From a virus, in the IMG/VR virus record IMGVR_UViG_3300046804_005146, positions 17,509 to 81,508 of that record: a stretch of 64,000 bases of DNA; one strand, given 5' to 3'. Under the pieces are notes generated by a model that did not search any database, was not told the origin of the DNA, and was given only the letters and a program-made list of their open reading frames with translations. The position numbers and the translations under genes were made by a program. Below are positions 38,373 to 48,487 of this stretch, in pieces; the first letter of the stretch is position 1, and every line of letters begins with the position of its first letter.

Positions 38373-38390
38373 AACACTCTATAATTAGGT

Positions 38391-39038
38391 GTGACGTTAC
38401 AAGAGAAGTACATTTACAATTGTTACTTAGAAACATCGCGTAAACTGAATGATAAGCCGTTCAGATATAGGAAAGATTTTGATGGGTTTGAAGATAAAGA
38501 AGAATACATCTACATTAATAAGTTAGGACTGCTTTTTAAAAAGTTTCCTAATTTAAACATTAAAGATTTTTTTGAAGCTCCATTTTTTGTTTACAATGAA
38601 AAATATTTTGATTTGAAGTTTTACACTTCTCAAAGAGCTATCAAAGCGTATACAATTTATCAATCAAAATTTTTGCTTGATACTCCAGATCATGAGCAGG
38701 TAATTGAAAAAATTAAAGACAGCTACAAATTTATATACAAGTTTTGTAAAGAAAACTCTATTGTAATTGAAAAGTACGTTGAATATAAAAATGAAAAAAA
38801 TAACGTACACGACTTTCTTATTCACTTGAAAGATAGAAAAGTGTCATTATACTGTCTTTTTACTTTTCCAAACTTTGATAAAATTTTACGTGAATATGAC
38901 AACGAAACTAAAAAATTTCTATTTGGCGATACTCTTCAAAATCTCAATTTTTATCGGACGAAGTATTACAGTAGTTCGAGAGCTAAAAAATTGTGTACAT
39001 TGATATACGAAGGGTTGATTTCTAAGCAAAATGGCTAA
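38391..39038 (+). CDS. Hypothetical protein, possibly gp59-like helicase loader
   Basis: Size, aromatic/basic composition and position before gene 32; no diagnostic motif. Confidence 0.35.
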   Translation: MTLQEKYIYNCYLETSRKLNDKPFRYRKDFDGFEDKEEYIYINKLGLLFKKFPNLNIKDFFEAPFFVYNEKYFDLKFYTSQRAIKAYTIYQSKFLLDTPDHEQVIEKIKDSYKFIYKFCKENSIVIEKYVEYKNEKNNVHDFLIHLKDRKVSLYCLFTFPNFDKILREYDNETKKFLFGDTLQNLNFYRTKYYSSSRAKKLCTLIYEGLISKQNG

Positions 39039-39068
39039 ATATCTTTTTTCTAAACTTCTAAATTTCTT

Positions 39069-39932
39069 ATGACTAATATGATTAATAATAATATATTCCA
39101 AAGCATTAAAAACGCACTATCTAAAGATACTAATAATTCGTCTCTAGGCGAGATTATTAAAATGGAGCCAGGTAACACTTACACTGTTAGATTGTTGCCA
39201 GCTAAAGATGCAGATAAGACATTCTTTCATTATTATCAGCATGGTTGGAATAGTTTTGCAAACGGACAATATGTAGGAGCATTGAGTCTTCAGACATTTG
39301 GTGAACGTGATCCTATTGCAGAAGAGCGTTATCGTATTATTCGTACCGGCTCTGATGCAGATAAGAAGAAGGCTGAAACTATTAAGAGAGCAGAGAAGTG
39401 GTTGGTTAACGTTTATGTCGTTAACGATCCGGTTACTCCTGAGAACAATGGTAAAGTTAAGATTATGCGTTATGGTAAGCAGCTTCATACTATTATTCAG
39501 GACGCTATTAGCGGTGAGTCTGCAGAAGATTTCGGTCCTAGAGTATTTGATCTCGGACCTAACGGTGTTAATCTGAAGGTAAAAGTAGAGAAGCAAGGCG
39601 AATATCCTTCATACGTTACATCGAAGTTTGCTATGCCTTCAGAGATTAAAGACTTGACTGAGGAAAAGGCAAAGAAGGTTTATGAAAGTGTCTTTGATCT
39701 TACTAAAGTGTTTCAAGTAAGAAGTACTGATGAGCTCAAACAGATGCTAGCAGAGCATTTCTATTGCGTTGATACAAAGGCTACTGATGATGTTGAAGAA
39801 GAAGCTCCTGTAGTTAAGCCAGTTGCTAAAGTTCAATCTAAGCCAGAAGTTAAGCCAGCTGCAAAAAGAGCTAGCGTAGACGATGAAGATGAGGTAGAGA
39901 AGTTGTTAGCAGATCTAGACGTTAATTCTTAA
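39069..39932 (+). CDS. 32: Single-stranded DNA-binding protein gp32
   Basis: VRLLP, NVYVVNDPVTPENNGKVKIMRYGK, acidic C-terminal tail. Confidence 0.88.
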   Translation: MTNMINNNIFQSIKNALSKDTNNSSLGEIIKMEPGNTYTVRLLPAKDADKTFFHYYQHGWNSFANGQYVGALSLQTFGERDPIAEERYRIIRTGSDADKKKAETIKRAEKWLVNVYVVNDPVTPENNGKVKIMRYGKQLHTIIQDAISGESAEDFGPRVFDLGPNGVNLKVKVEKQGEYPSYVTSKFAMPSEIKDLTEEKAKKVYESVFDLTKVFQVRSTDELKQMLAEHFYCVDTKATDDVEEEAPVVKPVAKVQSKPEVKPAAKRASVDDEDEVEKLLADLDVNS

Positions 39933-40462
39933 TGGAACAAGACCATAAAAGTTTACTAATCGGTTTAATAGGATCTACTTTTGGTGATCTTAAAAAGCTA
40001 GATGATTCTATTGTTAGTAGATCTAGTACTTTAACTCGCAGAAGTGATGATGTTAAACAAGAGTTAGTAAAAGTTATGGGTACAAACTTCAGACCACAAC
40101 CAGTGGCTGTTCCAACTAATCCAGTTATACAACCTGTGGTTCCATCGCAACCACAGGTTGTTATACCTCCACCTCAAGCAGTTACTCCACCGCAATTTAT
40201 CCCTTCGACACCTGTTCCTATTGTACAAGAAGAAATAAGAGTTAATGACCCTCAACTAGAGTTCGATTTTGATAAAAAAGCTAGATATATTGAGGTCGTC
40301 GATGCATTAAAAGTAGTGGAAGTTAAGATAGATTCACTTGATAAAAAATTAGATAAAATTTTAGAAATTTTAAATTCACAGGAGCCTAAAATTGCACGTC
40401 AACGCAAAAAAGCTACTCAACCCATTCAAGTAGAAGAGAAAAAAAAAGTCCCTGGTATTTAA
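39932..40462 (+). CDS. Hypothetical protein with P/Q/V-rich linker
   Basis: ORF; DPQLEFDF motif. Confidence 0.5.
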   Translation: MEQDHKSLLIGLIGSTFGDLKKLDDSIVSRSSTLTRRSDDVKQELVKVMGTNFRPQPVAVPTNPVIQPVVPSQPQVVIPPPQAVTPPQFIPSTPVPIVQEEIRVNDPQLEFDFDKKARYIEVVDALKVVEVKIDSLDKKLDKILEILNSQEPKIARQRKKATQPIQVEEKKKVPGI

Positions 40463-40486
40463 GACTACTGACCCTATAATGAGTCA

Positions 40487-41224
40487 ATGAAGGTAAGAAT
40501 TATTAATAAGAAGGATTTTGTTTCTAACTTTTTAGGGTCAATTTCTAACGTAAATGAATCATGCGTTTTAAAAGTATCTCAAAATTCTATTGAAACTTTA
40601 CTAGCATCTGCAGATTCTACTTTAGTGGTGCACGGTAAAACAGCTGCTGTAGCAGATGGTACTAAGCAAATTAATATACCAGACGTTAAAAAGTTTGTAA
40701 GAGTTCTAGATTGCGTTAATATTTCTGATGAAACTCCGTTGGAGTTCAATGTAACTAATAATTGTATCAAATACACAAGTAGTGAATATAAATTTTCATA
40801 TCATTTGCTAGAAGACGGTATTATTAAATCACCGTCTCTTAATATTGATAGGGTTAATGAGCTAAAGTTTGATACGACGTTTAATATTACAGAGAATGAG
40901 CTTAATAATTTGTTTAAAGGCAGCTCATTTACAACTAATACCAACAAGCTTTATATATTTTGCGAAAATAACTGCATTTTTGGTGAGTTAGGCGATAAGA
41001 CAAGACACAATACTGATAACTTTCAATGTGTTTTAAGTAAAACTTACACCGGTCAACCACTATCTAAGTCTATTCCTATTAATTTTGATACATTTAGACT
41101 CATTAACTACAATAAATGTAAAGAGTTGCAAGTTAGCGTTAGTATGTCTTTTGGTGTTTTGAAAGTATCTATAACTAAAGGAGATACTAATTTGATTTAT
41201 GTAATCTCAGCTTTAATTAATTGA
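40487..41224 (+). CDS. 45: Sliding clamp gp45
   Basis: 245 aa, clamp-like alpha/beta pattern, replication-cluster context. Confidence 0.65.
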   Translation: MKVRIINKKDFVSNFLGSISNVNESCVLKVSQNSIETLLASADSTLVVHGKTAAVADGTKQINIPDVKKFVRVLDCVNISDETPLEFNVTNNCIKYTSSEYKFSYHLLEDGIIKSPSLNIDRVNELKFDTTFNITENELNNLFKGSSFTTNTNKLYIFCENNCIFGELGDKTRHNTDNFQCVLSKTYTGQPLSKSIPINFDTFRLINYNKCKELQVSVSMSFGVLKVSITKGDTNLIYVISALIN

Positions 41225-41225
41225 T

Positions 41226-41618
41226 ATGATTAATAAATTTTTTGATAAGCAAGAAAGAAAAGTCTCAAATAAGATTAAGACTGCAGGCTATTTTATCAAA
41301 AGATTGAAAGATAGCGGTTTTGTTGTATTTAAAATCTTTAATGCCTACGGTGCTAGTGATCCTAGACGTTGGACTGTATTAGTAGACCCAGGGGTAGCTT
41401 CTGTTTATATTACTTGCTATACCAATAAGAACGAATTAGGAGAAGTTTTATTTGAAATTGATGATGGTGGTCAAAAAATACCAAACAAATTATATTTTAA
41501 AACAGAAAGTATTGAAACTTTAGTTACATATTTAATTGAAAATGGGGTTAATAATGATCCAGCCAAAAGCCCATTTGCAAAACTAAATAATGAATATGGA
41601 CGGCGCAACCAACAATAA
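41226..41618 (+). CDS. Hypothetical protein
   Basis: DPRRWTVLVDPG; 130 aa. Confidence 0.55.
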   Translation: MINKFFDKQERKVSNKIKTAGYFIKRLKDSGFVVFKIFNAYGASDPRRWTVLVDPGVASVYITCYTNKNELGEVLFEIDDGGQKIPNKLYFKTESIETLVTYLIENGVNNDPAKSPFAKLNNEYGRRNQQ

Positions 41619-41964
41619 TGACGCAAACGAGGCGCCTAAGACAGAGAAAAAAGTGACTTCAAAAAAAATAGTAAAACAGATTAATAGTCCTGAAGTAAAC
41701 GAAGTTATCAAGCAAGCGTTACGTGAGTATATAAGAAAAAATAACGAAATTTCACGTACTGAAATTGAATTAGATGCAATGGTTTCTACTTGTCAAGAAT
41801 TTCTACAAAGTTTCATAATTTTTGGTTACACATTTGACGGTCAACCAATAGATCCAATATTTTTTGCACACAATCAACAAGAAGCGGATGCATTGAGTAT
41901 GTATTTGACAAAATTTTTCAATGCTCATGTAGTGAACGGTGGACAAAATAATTCATTCAAGTAA
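41596..41964 (+). CDS. Hypothetical protein
   Basis: ORF; ATG 41596 is 6 nt after TAAATA. Confidence 0.5.
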   Translation: MDGATNNNDANEAPKTEKKVTSKKIVKQINSPEVNEVIKQALREYIRKNNEISRTEIELDAMVSTCQEFLQSFIIFGYTFDGQPIDPIFFAHNQQEADALSMYLTKFFNAHVVNGGQNNSFK

Positions 41965-41976
41965 AATACTTGAATA

Positions 41977-42651
41977 ATGTACACCAATTTAATTGCTATC
42001 ACTAATCCGCAAATTGAAGCTACATCTGTAAACCGTACTTACAGTGCTTTGTCACCAGAAGAGTTTATTGTTTATATTGCACGAGTTAGCAATCCGAACA
42101 ATCAATTAAATTTAGAGACAGGTCATAAGCTTATACGTTATCTTATCAAACATAAGCATTGGTCTCCTTTCGAACACGTAAGCTGTACGTTTGAGATAAA
42201 GACGTCGAGAGCTATTGCTGCACAAATTCTTAGACACCGTTCATTCACTTTTCAAGAATTTTCACAGCGATACGCACAAGTCACAGAACTTGAATCTGTA
42301 GAGTGGCGAAAGCAAGGTAAAACTAACAGACAAGTAGGAGACGAAGTAATTAAATTACCAGATCATTTACAATATGCTGTAGATGAAACTCTACGCAACA
42401 CCGAAGCTCTTTATAATCAGTTAATTAATGAAGGCATCGCAAAGGAGTGTGCTAGAATGATATTGCCTCTGAATACTAGCACCACTATTTACATGACTGG
42501 CTCATTAAGAAGTTGGATTCATTACTTAAATTTACGTTGCGAAGCTGGTACACAGAAAGAACATAGAGAGATAGCTGATTCTATCAAAGAAAGACTCAAG
42601 ATAGTGTTTCCAACAGTGTTCGAAACGTTAGAAACTATGGAATCCACGTGA
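41977..42651 (+). CDS. thyX: Flavin-dependent thymidylate synthase
   Basis: HWSPFE, RHRSFTFQEFSQRY, ECARMILP, TQKEH. Confidence 0.95.
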   Translation: MYTNLIAITNPQIEATSVNRTYSALSPEEFIVYIARVSNPNNQLNLETGHKLIRYLIKHKHWSPFEHVSCTFEIKTSRAIAAQILRHRSFTFQEFSQRYAQVTELESVEWRKQGKTNRQVGDEVIKLPDHLQYAVDETLRNTEALYNQLINEGIAKECARMILPLNTSTTIYMTGSLRSWIHYLNLRCEAGTQKEHREIADSIKERLKIVFPTVFETLETMEST

Positions 42652-42667
42652 TTCCCGTTAAAATTCA

Positions 42668-43024
42668 ATGGTCAAAATGGAAACCTTAGATAAGTTTAAT
42701 GTAGTTAAGGGAATCATTGATAGTTTAAAGAAAAGGAACTGTAAACCTAAGAAAAAACAGGTTTATGCTGTAGGTACCGGTACATATGTTGGTGAGATGT
42801 TAGTTTTTGTTAGAGAACATGGAGATAGCTATCATTTCTTATCAATTCCAAAGAATAGGAACAGGAAAGTGCCTATAGAAAAGTTTAATTTTGCTGTAGA
42901 GCATAAAATCATCGAATTAGTACAAGAGCTACCTAGTAAAATATACAAAATTTGTGTAGCACAGTTTGCATACAATGAAAGACATCCAGTAAAACAAGAA
43001 AGCCCTAAAGAAACGCTTAAGTAA
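42668..43024 (+). CDS. Hypothetical protein
   Basis: 118-aa ORF. Confidence 0.5.
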   Translation: MVKMETLDKFNVVKGIIDSLKKRNCKPKKKQVYAVGTGTYVGEMLVFVREHGDSYHFLSIPKNRNRKVPIEKFNFAVEHKIIELVQELPSKIYKICVAQFAYNERHPVKQESPKETLK

Positions 43025-43028
43025 TATT

Positions 43029-43271
43029 ATGGACATGTTCATAGAACCAAAAAACATACTATCACCTTACACAGGAAATTCGGTTTTTCCTAAAATTTCA
43101 ACATACACACATGACGGGAAAACATACGAACAAGCAGTTTACACAGATCCAATTACAGGTCACTTTGTAAAAAAGGGATTAGTCAGTATTAAAGATGCAA
43201 AAACTGGTGAAATTCTTCAAAGTTACGAAAAGAACCAGTTAAATTCATTGAATAATCAGAGTTATAGATAA
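43029..43271 (+). CDS. Hypothetical protein
   Basis: SPYTG and DPITG turns resemble a Cys-less zinc ribbon. Confidence 0.5.
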   Translation: MDMFIEPKNILSPYTGNSVFPKISTYTHDGKTYEQAVYTDPITGHFVKKGLVSIKDAKTGEILQSYEKNQLNSLNNQSYR

Positions 43272-43281
43272 TAATAACAGG

Positions 43282-44334
43282 GTGATCCCTGTACCTGAGC
43301 AATATGTAGTAGAAACTTTTTATAAATGCGTTAGTCATCCGACGTATAATAAATTTTCAAAAGTTTATAACGGTAGTTGCCCATTTTGTAGAGAAGGAAA
43401 AAGCTTTGGAAAAAAGACTCGCTTCTTTTACATACCAGAAAAAGAGTTAGCTTTCTGTCATAACTGTGGTTATAGCAAAAAAGCATTTAATTTTATTATC
43501 GATGTTACAGGTAAACCTTTTAATATTGTTATTAATGAAATAAAACAGGGTGAATACTCCAGTACACCACAACCTACAGTTCAAAAAAAAGAAGAAACTG
43601 CAATATTCGAACAACCAAAAAATAGTTTACCAGCAGATTGTATAAATCTTACTGATAAAACACAGACAGACTTCTATAAAGACAATAATGTAGTTCAAAT
43701 AGCGTTGGATTATATTAAAAAAAGACGTTTAGATATTGCTATAAACCGTCCTCGAACATTTTATCTATCGTTAACAGATCCAACCCATAAAAATAGACTT
43801 GTTTTACCGTTTTATGATACGTTTGGAGACATAATTTACTATCAAACACGTACATTACTTGAAGCTGATAACAGAATCAAACCAAAATACTTGAGTAAAA
43901 AGGGAGCTGAGCGTAGTTTATCAGGTATACATAGTATCGACCCGTATCTACAACATGTTTTTCTTTTTGAAGGACCTATTGACAGCTATTTTTGTAAAAA
44001 TGGATTAGCAGTTTGTGGTATTACAGAAGAATCTTCTAAAGTTTTTACTAATTTACAACAACAGCAGATAGCTTCTTTATCTTTGCATCAAAAAGTTTGG
44101 TGTTTAGATAATCAATGGCAAGATAAAGCATCCTTAAAAAAGAGTATAGCACTGTCAGATACAGATGATAGCATTTTTATTTGGCCAGAAGAGCTTAAAA
44201 CAGTAAAAGACCTCAATGATTATTGCATTGAGGTCGGTGTAAATGGTGTTGATCCAGACTTTATATTAAAAAATACGTATAAAGGGCTGAAAGCTAAACT
44301 TATTTTAACTAAGATTAAGTGTACTTGTACTTAG
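43282..44334 (+). CDS. 61: DNA primase gp61
   Basis: CPFC...CHNCG zinc domain, KPKYL, FEGPIDS, LDN, KDLND. Confidence 0.9.
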   Translation: MIPVPEQYVVETFYKCVSHPTYNKFSKVYNGSCPFCREGKSFGKKTRFFYIPEKELAFCHNCGYSKKAFNFIIDVTGKPFNIVINEIKQGEYSSTPQPTVQKKEETAIFEQPKNSLPADCINLTDKTQTDFYKDNNVVQIALDYIKKRRLDIAINRPRTFYLSLTDPTHKNRLVLPFYDTFGDIIYYQTRTLLEADNRIKPKYLSKKGAERSLSGIHSIDPYLQHVFLFEGPIDSYFCKNGLAVCGITEESSKVFTNLQQQQIASLSLHQKVWCLDNQWQDKASLKKSIALSDTDDSIFIWPEELKTVKDLNDYCIEVGVNGVDPDFILKNTYKGLKAKLILTKIKCTCT

Positions 44335-44743
44335 GATCATTAGCAGTAGCTAAATAACCCTTTAACATTTCACTTAATGAACTAATTTCAACTGCAACAC
44401 GTGCAATTTTCTTAGTTTCAGCAGTACTAATCTTATCAAATAGAGTGTCAGATTCAGCTGAATTCAATTTCGACTGAATACTTTCAGGTCCTGTGCCGTT
44501 TAGGTATGTGGAAAACTCATCTAATCTGGCAATCCATTGTTTTAGATCTTCATACATCTTCTTTTGAATGGAAGTCATTGTAGCTTCACCAGCAGGTACG
44601 TTAGGAACATTAGCATCAAAGTCAGAAATATTAGTATCTTTATCGAGAGTCTGCTGCATAGCAGCTTGATCATCGGTTAGCTCAGGAGTTTCAACGTCTT
44701 GCTCCACTAAAAACCTTTTAAATCTGTTTTCATACATACTCAT
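44315..44743 (-). CDS. Hypothetical late protein, probably virion-internal
   Basis: RFKRFLVEQ N-terminus; TAAATA 7 nt upstream. Confidence 0.6.
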   Translation of the reverse strand: MSMYENRFKRFLVEQDVETPELTDDQAAMQQTLDKDTNISDFDANVPNVPAGEATMTSIQKKMYEDLKQWIARLDEFSTYLNGTGPESIQSKLNSAESDTLFDKISTAETKKIARVAVEISSLSEMLKGYLATANDPKYKYT

Positions 44744-44779
44744 ATGCTATTATTTATTAGTCTCCCATAAATATTTAAG

Positions 44780-45148
44780 ATGAAAAGGCTAATTTCAGAG
44801 GACCAAAAGATATACGATGTTCAACGTCAACAACAAGGTATAAAAAACCAATATGACCCTCAATTAAACAAAGTTGACACGTTAGTTAAACAGAACAACA
44901 AGGATAATCATTTAGCTCCACGTATTAAACCGTATCCTCTTGATTTGCATGATCAAATACTATCAAACATGTATATTGATATGATGAATTACAACAAAAT
45001 GCTGCTTAATGGTATAGATACAATACAAGGTATGAATAAACCTGAGCTACAGCAAATGATACCTGTTCTTAGAGAAATAGAAAAGAAAATTAAACATATT
45101 AATGAAGTTTTAGTTGAAGTAGACGGACTTATGACTAAAATCTCTTAA
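44780..45148 (+). CDS. Hypothetical late protein
   Basis: MKRLISE N-terminus; TAAATA 6 nt upstream. Confidence 0.55.
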   Translation: MKRLISEDQKIYDVQRQQQGIKNQYDPQLNKVDTLVKQNNKDNHLAPRIKPYPLDLHDQILSNMYIDMMNYNKMLLNGIDTIQGMNKPELQQMIPVLREIEKKIKHINEVLVEVDGLMTKIS

Positions 45149-45528
45149 TGTTGCAAAGAATTTTTATTTCTTTAGGTATTACTAGTTTAGTTAGCGTTTT
45201 AGTTGGACTTTTAGTATCAAAATTTTGGTTGGGGTTTGCTTTAAGCTTTATTTTACAAGTAGTCTTTTTTTACTTGTTTAATAGTGTTTATGAAAATAGA
45301 CTTATAGAAAGAGCTCAAATTTTAAAATTGGAAGAAGTGAAAGAACTTTCAAAAAATAAAGTAATCTTGGAGTGTCCTTGTGCAGAAAAAAATAAACAAG
45401 AAATTAATATGAGATTTGATGAAAATGTGGTTTACGAATGTTCAAAATGCAAAAAGAATATTAAAGCTGATGCAATAGTGAAGAATGTATTAACAACTCA
45501 ACCAATTTACTTCAATGACAGAACTTGA
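45148..45528 (+). CDS. Membrane protein with C-terminal zinc ribbon
   Basis: Two N-terminal TM helices; CPC...CSKC. Confidence 0.55.
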   Translation: MLQRIFISLGITSLVSVLVGLLVSKFWLGFALSFILQVVFFYLFNSVYENRLIERAQILKLEEVKELSKNKVILECPCAEKNKQEINMRFDENVVYECSKCKKNIKADAIVKNVLTTQPIYFNDRT

Positions 45529-45922
45529 AAGAGTAATTAAAGACGTATCACCGACATCTTTTGATGTCAAAATACCTGACCCTGTATATAACATTCAAGA
45601 AGTACATGATTCTATTTCTAAAAATTTAAGATTTGGAGTAGACCAAACACTTAGTTACAGAGAAGGTTTAGAAACAGAAAAAAATAAAAATTCTAACATT
45701 GTTGCGCTTGTACAAGACGTTTTTCTTCAAATGCTTGACAAGCATGAAACGATTACTGATGATAAAACTACTAAAACAGTTTATTTACAAAATAAAAAGA
45801 TTGCAAGAGACCTTTTAATCAACACCTTTACTATTATAAATCACTTTAACAGTAATGATGTTAGCAACAAAACGGTCCTACTAGGAAAACTAATACAATC
45901 TATACATGACAGAAGATTTTAA
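45515..45922 (+). CDS. Hypothetical protein
   Basis: 135-aa ORF overlapping neighbours. Confidence 0.5.
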   Translation: MTELERVIKDVSPTSFDVKIPDPVYNIQEVHDSISKNLRFGVDQTLSYREGLETEKNKNSNIVALVQDVFLQMLDKHETITDDKTTKTVYLQNKKIARDLLINTFTIINHFNSNDVSNKTVLLGKLIQSIHDRRF

Positions 45923-46118
45923 AATTGAATACAACGTAGAATTTCTTGCAAGATTTGCTTGTCTTATGGAAGCCGTAAATTTAGCTTGCCAGAAAGCAGA
46001 ACAGCTTGGAATTAATCCGGATAAGGATTCAAGTTGGATTAAACCTCTAGCTTTTCAGAAATATATTGAAGAGCGAGAGAAAGACATGAAGCACCAAATT
46101 GTTAAGTGGTATCAATAA
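45906..46118 (+). CDS. Hypothetical protein
   Basis: 70-aa ORF, WIKP.A..KYI.ER motif. Confidence 0.5.
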   Translation: MTEDFKIEYNVEFLARFACLMEAVNLACQKAEQLGINPDKDSSWIKPLAFQKYIEEREKDMKHQIVKWYQ

Positions 46119-47029
46119 TAATCACCGTAAACACTGGTGTTATTATTAGCAGACATGTTAAACACAACTGTCTTACTAACCTGGTCAACGGAAATATTCT
46201 GTTTTAATTCAGGATATTTCTTAGCAGGTGACGGATCTTGTGTACCACCAGGTAATATACCGCTTTTAGCATCTTCAAATACTTGATCACTAAGTCTTTC
46301 TGCTGAAAGACCAGGTTCAAAGCTGTAATCAAATCTCTTAGCCTTCAACATCCACACGTAATGTCCTCCTAAAAGGTTTATTTTGGAAATATCTTGATCA
46401 AGAACTTCAGTTACTTCAAATTGAATACCACTTCTACCACCAGGACGACCTTTACCATACTCAGTCATTACAAATACGTCGCCAGCTTTTGGTTGTACCT
46501 GATTAAATTGAGTTTCGTATGTGGTAGGTTGCTCTAAACGAATATTTTCATTATTTTCTGTATCTATAATCGTACCTTCAGTGAAGGTTATTGATCCACC
46601 GTCAGCTGGACATGGGTTAGAAGTAGTTGAAACTGTATCAGTCTCAGTTGTTAAAAACTTCATACCTATATCCCAGAATGCATCATAGAAAGTAGATATA
46701 TGTACGTACGCAGTAATCTGATCATCAGATTGAAACCCAAATTTAGTTAGTGTATAAGCATTTTCATTAAGCTCGACGGCTAATATTAATGGTCTACCTT
46801 CACTATAACGTTTTGTAGGTTGTTCACCGTAGAAATTGTCAGCTGTTTTCACATCGTACTGATTAACATAATATGTTACCTTTGTACCATAAGTAGCAAG
46901 CTGTTCTTTCCACATACTGGAAATTAAAAACTGCTCATTTTCATTTAAACATTTATCATTATAGCGAAAACAAAAATCGCTACTTTGGGGATCACCCATA
47001 CCTGGATAACAATCACTTAAGTTAGTCAT
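46112..47029 (-). CDS. 14: Neck/head-closure protein gp14-like
   Basis: EQLATYG.KVTY, FYGE, LTKFG, PKAGD, FEVTEV, RFDYS. Confidence 0.7.
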   Translation of the reverse strand: MTNLSDCYPGMGDPQSSDFCFRYNDKCLNENEQFLISSMWKEQLATYGTKVTYYVNQYDVKTADNFYGEQPTKRYSEGRPLILAVELNENAYTLTKFGFQSDDQITAYVHISTFYDAFWDIGMKFLTTETDTVSTTSNPCPADGGSITFTEGTIIDTENNENIRLEQPTTYETQFNQVQPKAGDVFVMTEYGKGRPGGRSGIQFEVTEVLDQDISKINLLGGHYVWMLKAKRFDYSFEPGLSAERLSDQVFEDAKSGILPGGTQDPSPAKKYPELKQNISVDQVSKTVVFNMSANNNTSVYGDYY

Positions 47030-47433
47030 TTTTTAATTTTCCAACAATTGTTTCTATTGTCGTAGTACATTTGTATTCCCATTTTACCACCTAAAGTATA
47101 AAGTTCACCTCTCACTGGTTGCTTATCTTTAAGAAAATGCTTTACAATAAATCCTATATCTTTACTATTTAAAGTATACTCTCTACCAGAGCCTATTGGT
47201 AAAGCTTTTAAATCTTCTATTTTTTTATTACTACCTTCTTTAAATCCTAAATAATCAGGCATTAAGTTTAAATGCTTTCTTTTACCACTCTTATTTGCAT
47301 TACCAAGAGGGTTTTGTTGTCTATGCTTTACAGACTTGACACCAGATAATGCAGGTCTGTTAATATCCCTTTTTACTGGAGTAGCAGGGTTTCTTTTAGC
47401 TTTATCTTTAAAAAAATCTCCAAACTTAATCAC
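47026..47433 (-). CDS. Basic hypothetical late protein
   Basis: Likely GTG start at 47433, 5 nt after TATAAATA. Confidence 0.5.
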   Translation of the reverse strand: MIKFGDFFKDKAKRNPATPVKRDINRPALSGVKSVKHRQQNPLGNANKSGKRKHLNLMPDYLGFKEGSNKKIEDLKALPIGSGREYTLNSKDIGFIVKHFLKDKQPVRGELYTLGGKMGIQMYYDNRNNCWKIKK

Positions 47434-47446
47434 ATTATTATTTATA

Positions 47447-47477
47447 CAAAAAAAAGCCTGCATTGCTGCAGGCTTTT
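47447..47477 (-). terminator. Rho-independent terminator
   Basis: AAAAGCCTGCA-GCAA-TGCAGGCTTTT followed by a T run, downstream of 47497..48474. Confidence 0.8.
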
Positions 47478-47496
47478 AATTTAATCTACTTTATTT

Positions 47497-48474
47497 TTAT
47501 ACCCCGAAGAACTCCTGGTTATTACCAGTGATTTTACTGTGTGGCTTGTTTGCGCCATGCTTTGTTAAGCCAAGACCAGCTGAATCTGCTACAGCTGAAC
47601 CTTTTCCGTCTACTGTGCTACCTACTTTACCTTCGCCTGGACCTTTACCTTTACTTGATAAACTGCTGGTCTTGTCACCGACTTTATTATTCTTACCGGT
47701 CATCATACCAACCTTATCTGGTAAGTCTTTACCTTTACCGTCCACTTGAGCACCCTTTAGCTTACCATGACCTTTTCCTTTTGTCTTCATGTTAGCTTCT
47801 ACGATGGTTGATTCTTTCTTAACTTCGTGTTCATCTTCTTCTGCATCTTCTTCACCATCAGCATCTTCTTCTGAACCTAGGTCTTCACCACCCATATCTT
47901 CACCTTCTAAATCTTCACCACCCATATCTTCTAGGCCTTCATCTCCTAAACCTTCGTCTGTATCAACTTGAGCAAGAATTGCTCTTAAACATTCAACTTG
48001 ATCAGCGGTTAATGTGACTGTAATATCACCGCCAATTTCTTCTCCTCCCATATCTTCACCAGCATCGTCACCGATACCGAGAGCATCGAGGTCAGCTGCT
48101 TGTTCATTTCCGTCCATTACTTCTTCGAATAGTTTATCAAAAGTAGAATTCATATTATTATTTATATGTGCTTTAGTTGTTTTTTCCATATTTTTGTCAA
48201 AATTTTCGCCTGCAAGAGTGAATCTATCAACTTCGAACGCATGTTCTTTCTTTTGTTTATCACTCATTGTGTGAGTGTCAATGATGTCTTTATTTACCCC
48301 GCTTGCTTCTCCGGGTCCAGAATTTTTAAAAGCAAATCCTTGTACCTTTTTATCATTTAGATCCATAGGCTTAGGACCAGGCTTGGTGTTCATTTTTACT
48401 GTTTTAGCTTTTTCAGTTAAAACTTGTTTAGAGTATAAATCCCATATCTCTAATAGATTACGTGCTTGCGACAT
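47497..48474 (-). CDS. Acidic/basic block protein, prohead core or scaffold-like
   Basis: VLTE, LFEE and IVEA sites; GGED repeats; K/G-rich tail; late promoter and own terminator. Confidence 0.5.
   Translation of the reverse strand: MSQARNLLEIWDLYSKQVLTEKAKTVKMNTKPGPKPMDLNDKKVQGFAFKNSGPGEASGVNKDIIDTHTMSDKQKKEHAFEVDRFTLAGENFDKNMEKTTKAHINNNMNSTFDKLFEEVMDGNEQAADLDALGIGDDAGEDMGGEEIGGDITVTLTADQVECLRAILAQVDTDEGLGDEGLEDMGGEDLEGEDMGGEDLGSEEDADGEEDAEEDEHEVKKESTIVEANMKTKGKGHGKLKGAQVDGKGKDLPDKVGMMTGKNNKVGDKTSSLSSKGKGPGEGKVGSTVDGKGSAVADSAGLGLTKHGANKPHSKITGNNQEFFGV
47882..47931. repeat. 20-bp direct repeat with 30-nt period
   Basis: TCTTCACCACCCATATCTTC at 47882 and 47912, encoding EDMGGED twice. Confidence 0.7.
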
Positions 48475-48475
48475 G

Positions 48476-48485
48476 TAAATATTTA
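48476..48485. promoter_or_regulatory. Palindromic bidirectional late promoter
   Basis: TAAATATTTA lies 6 nt before terminase GTG 48488 and 5 nt before ATG 48474 on the minus strand. Confidence 0.65.
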
Positions 48486-48487
48486 TT

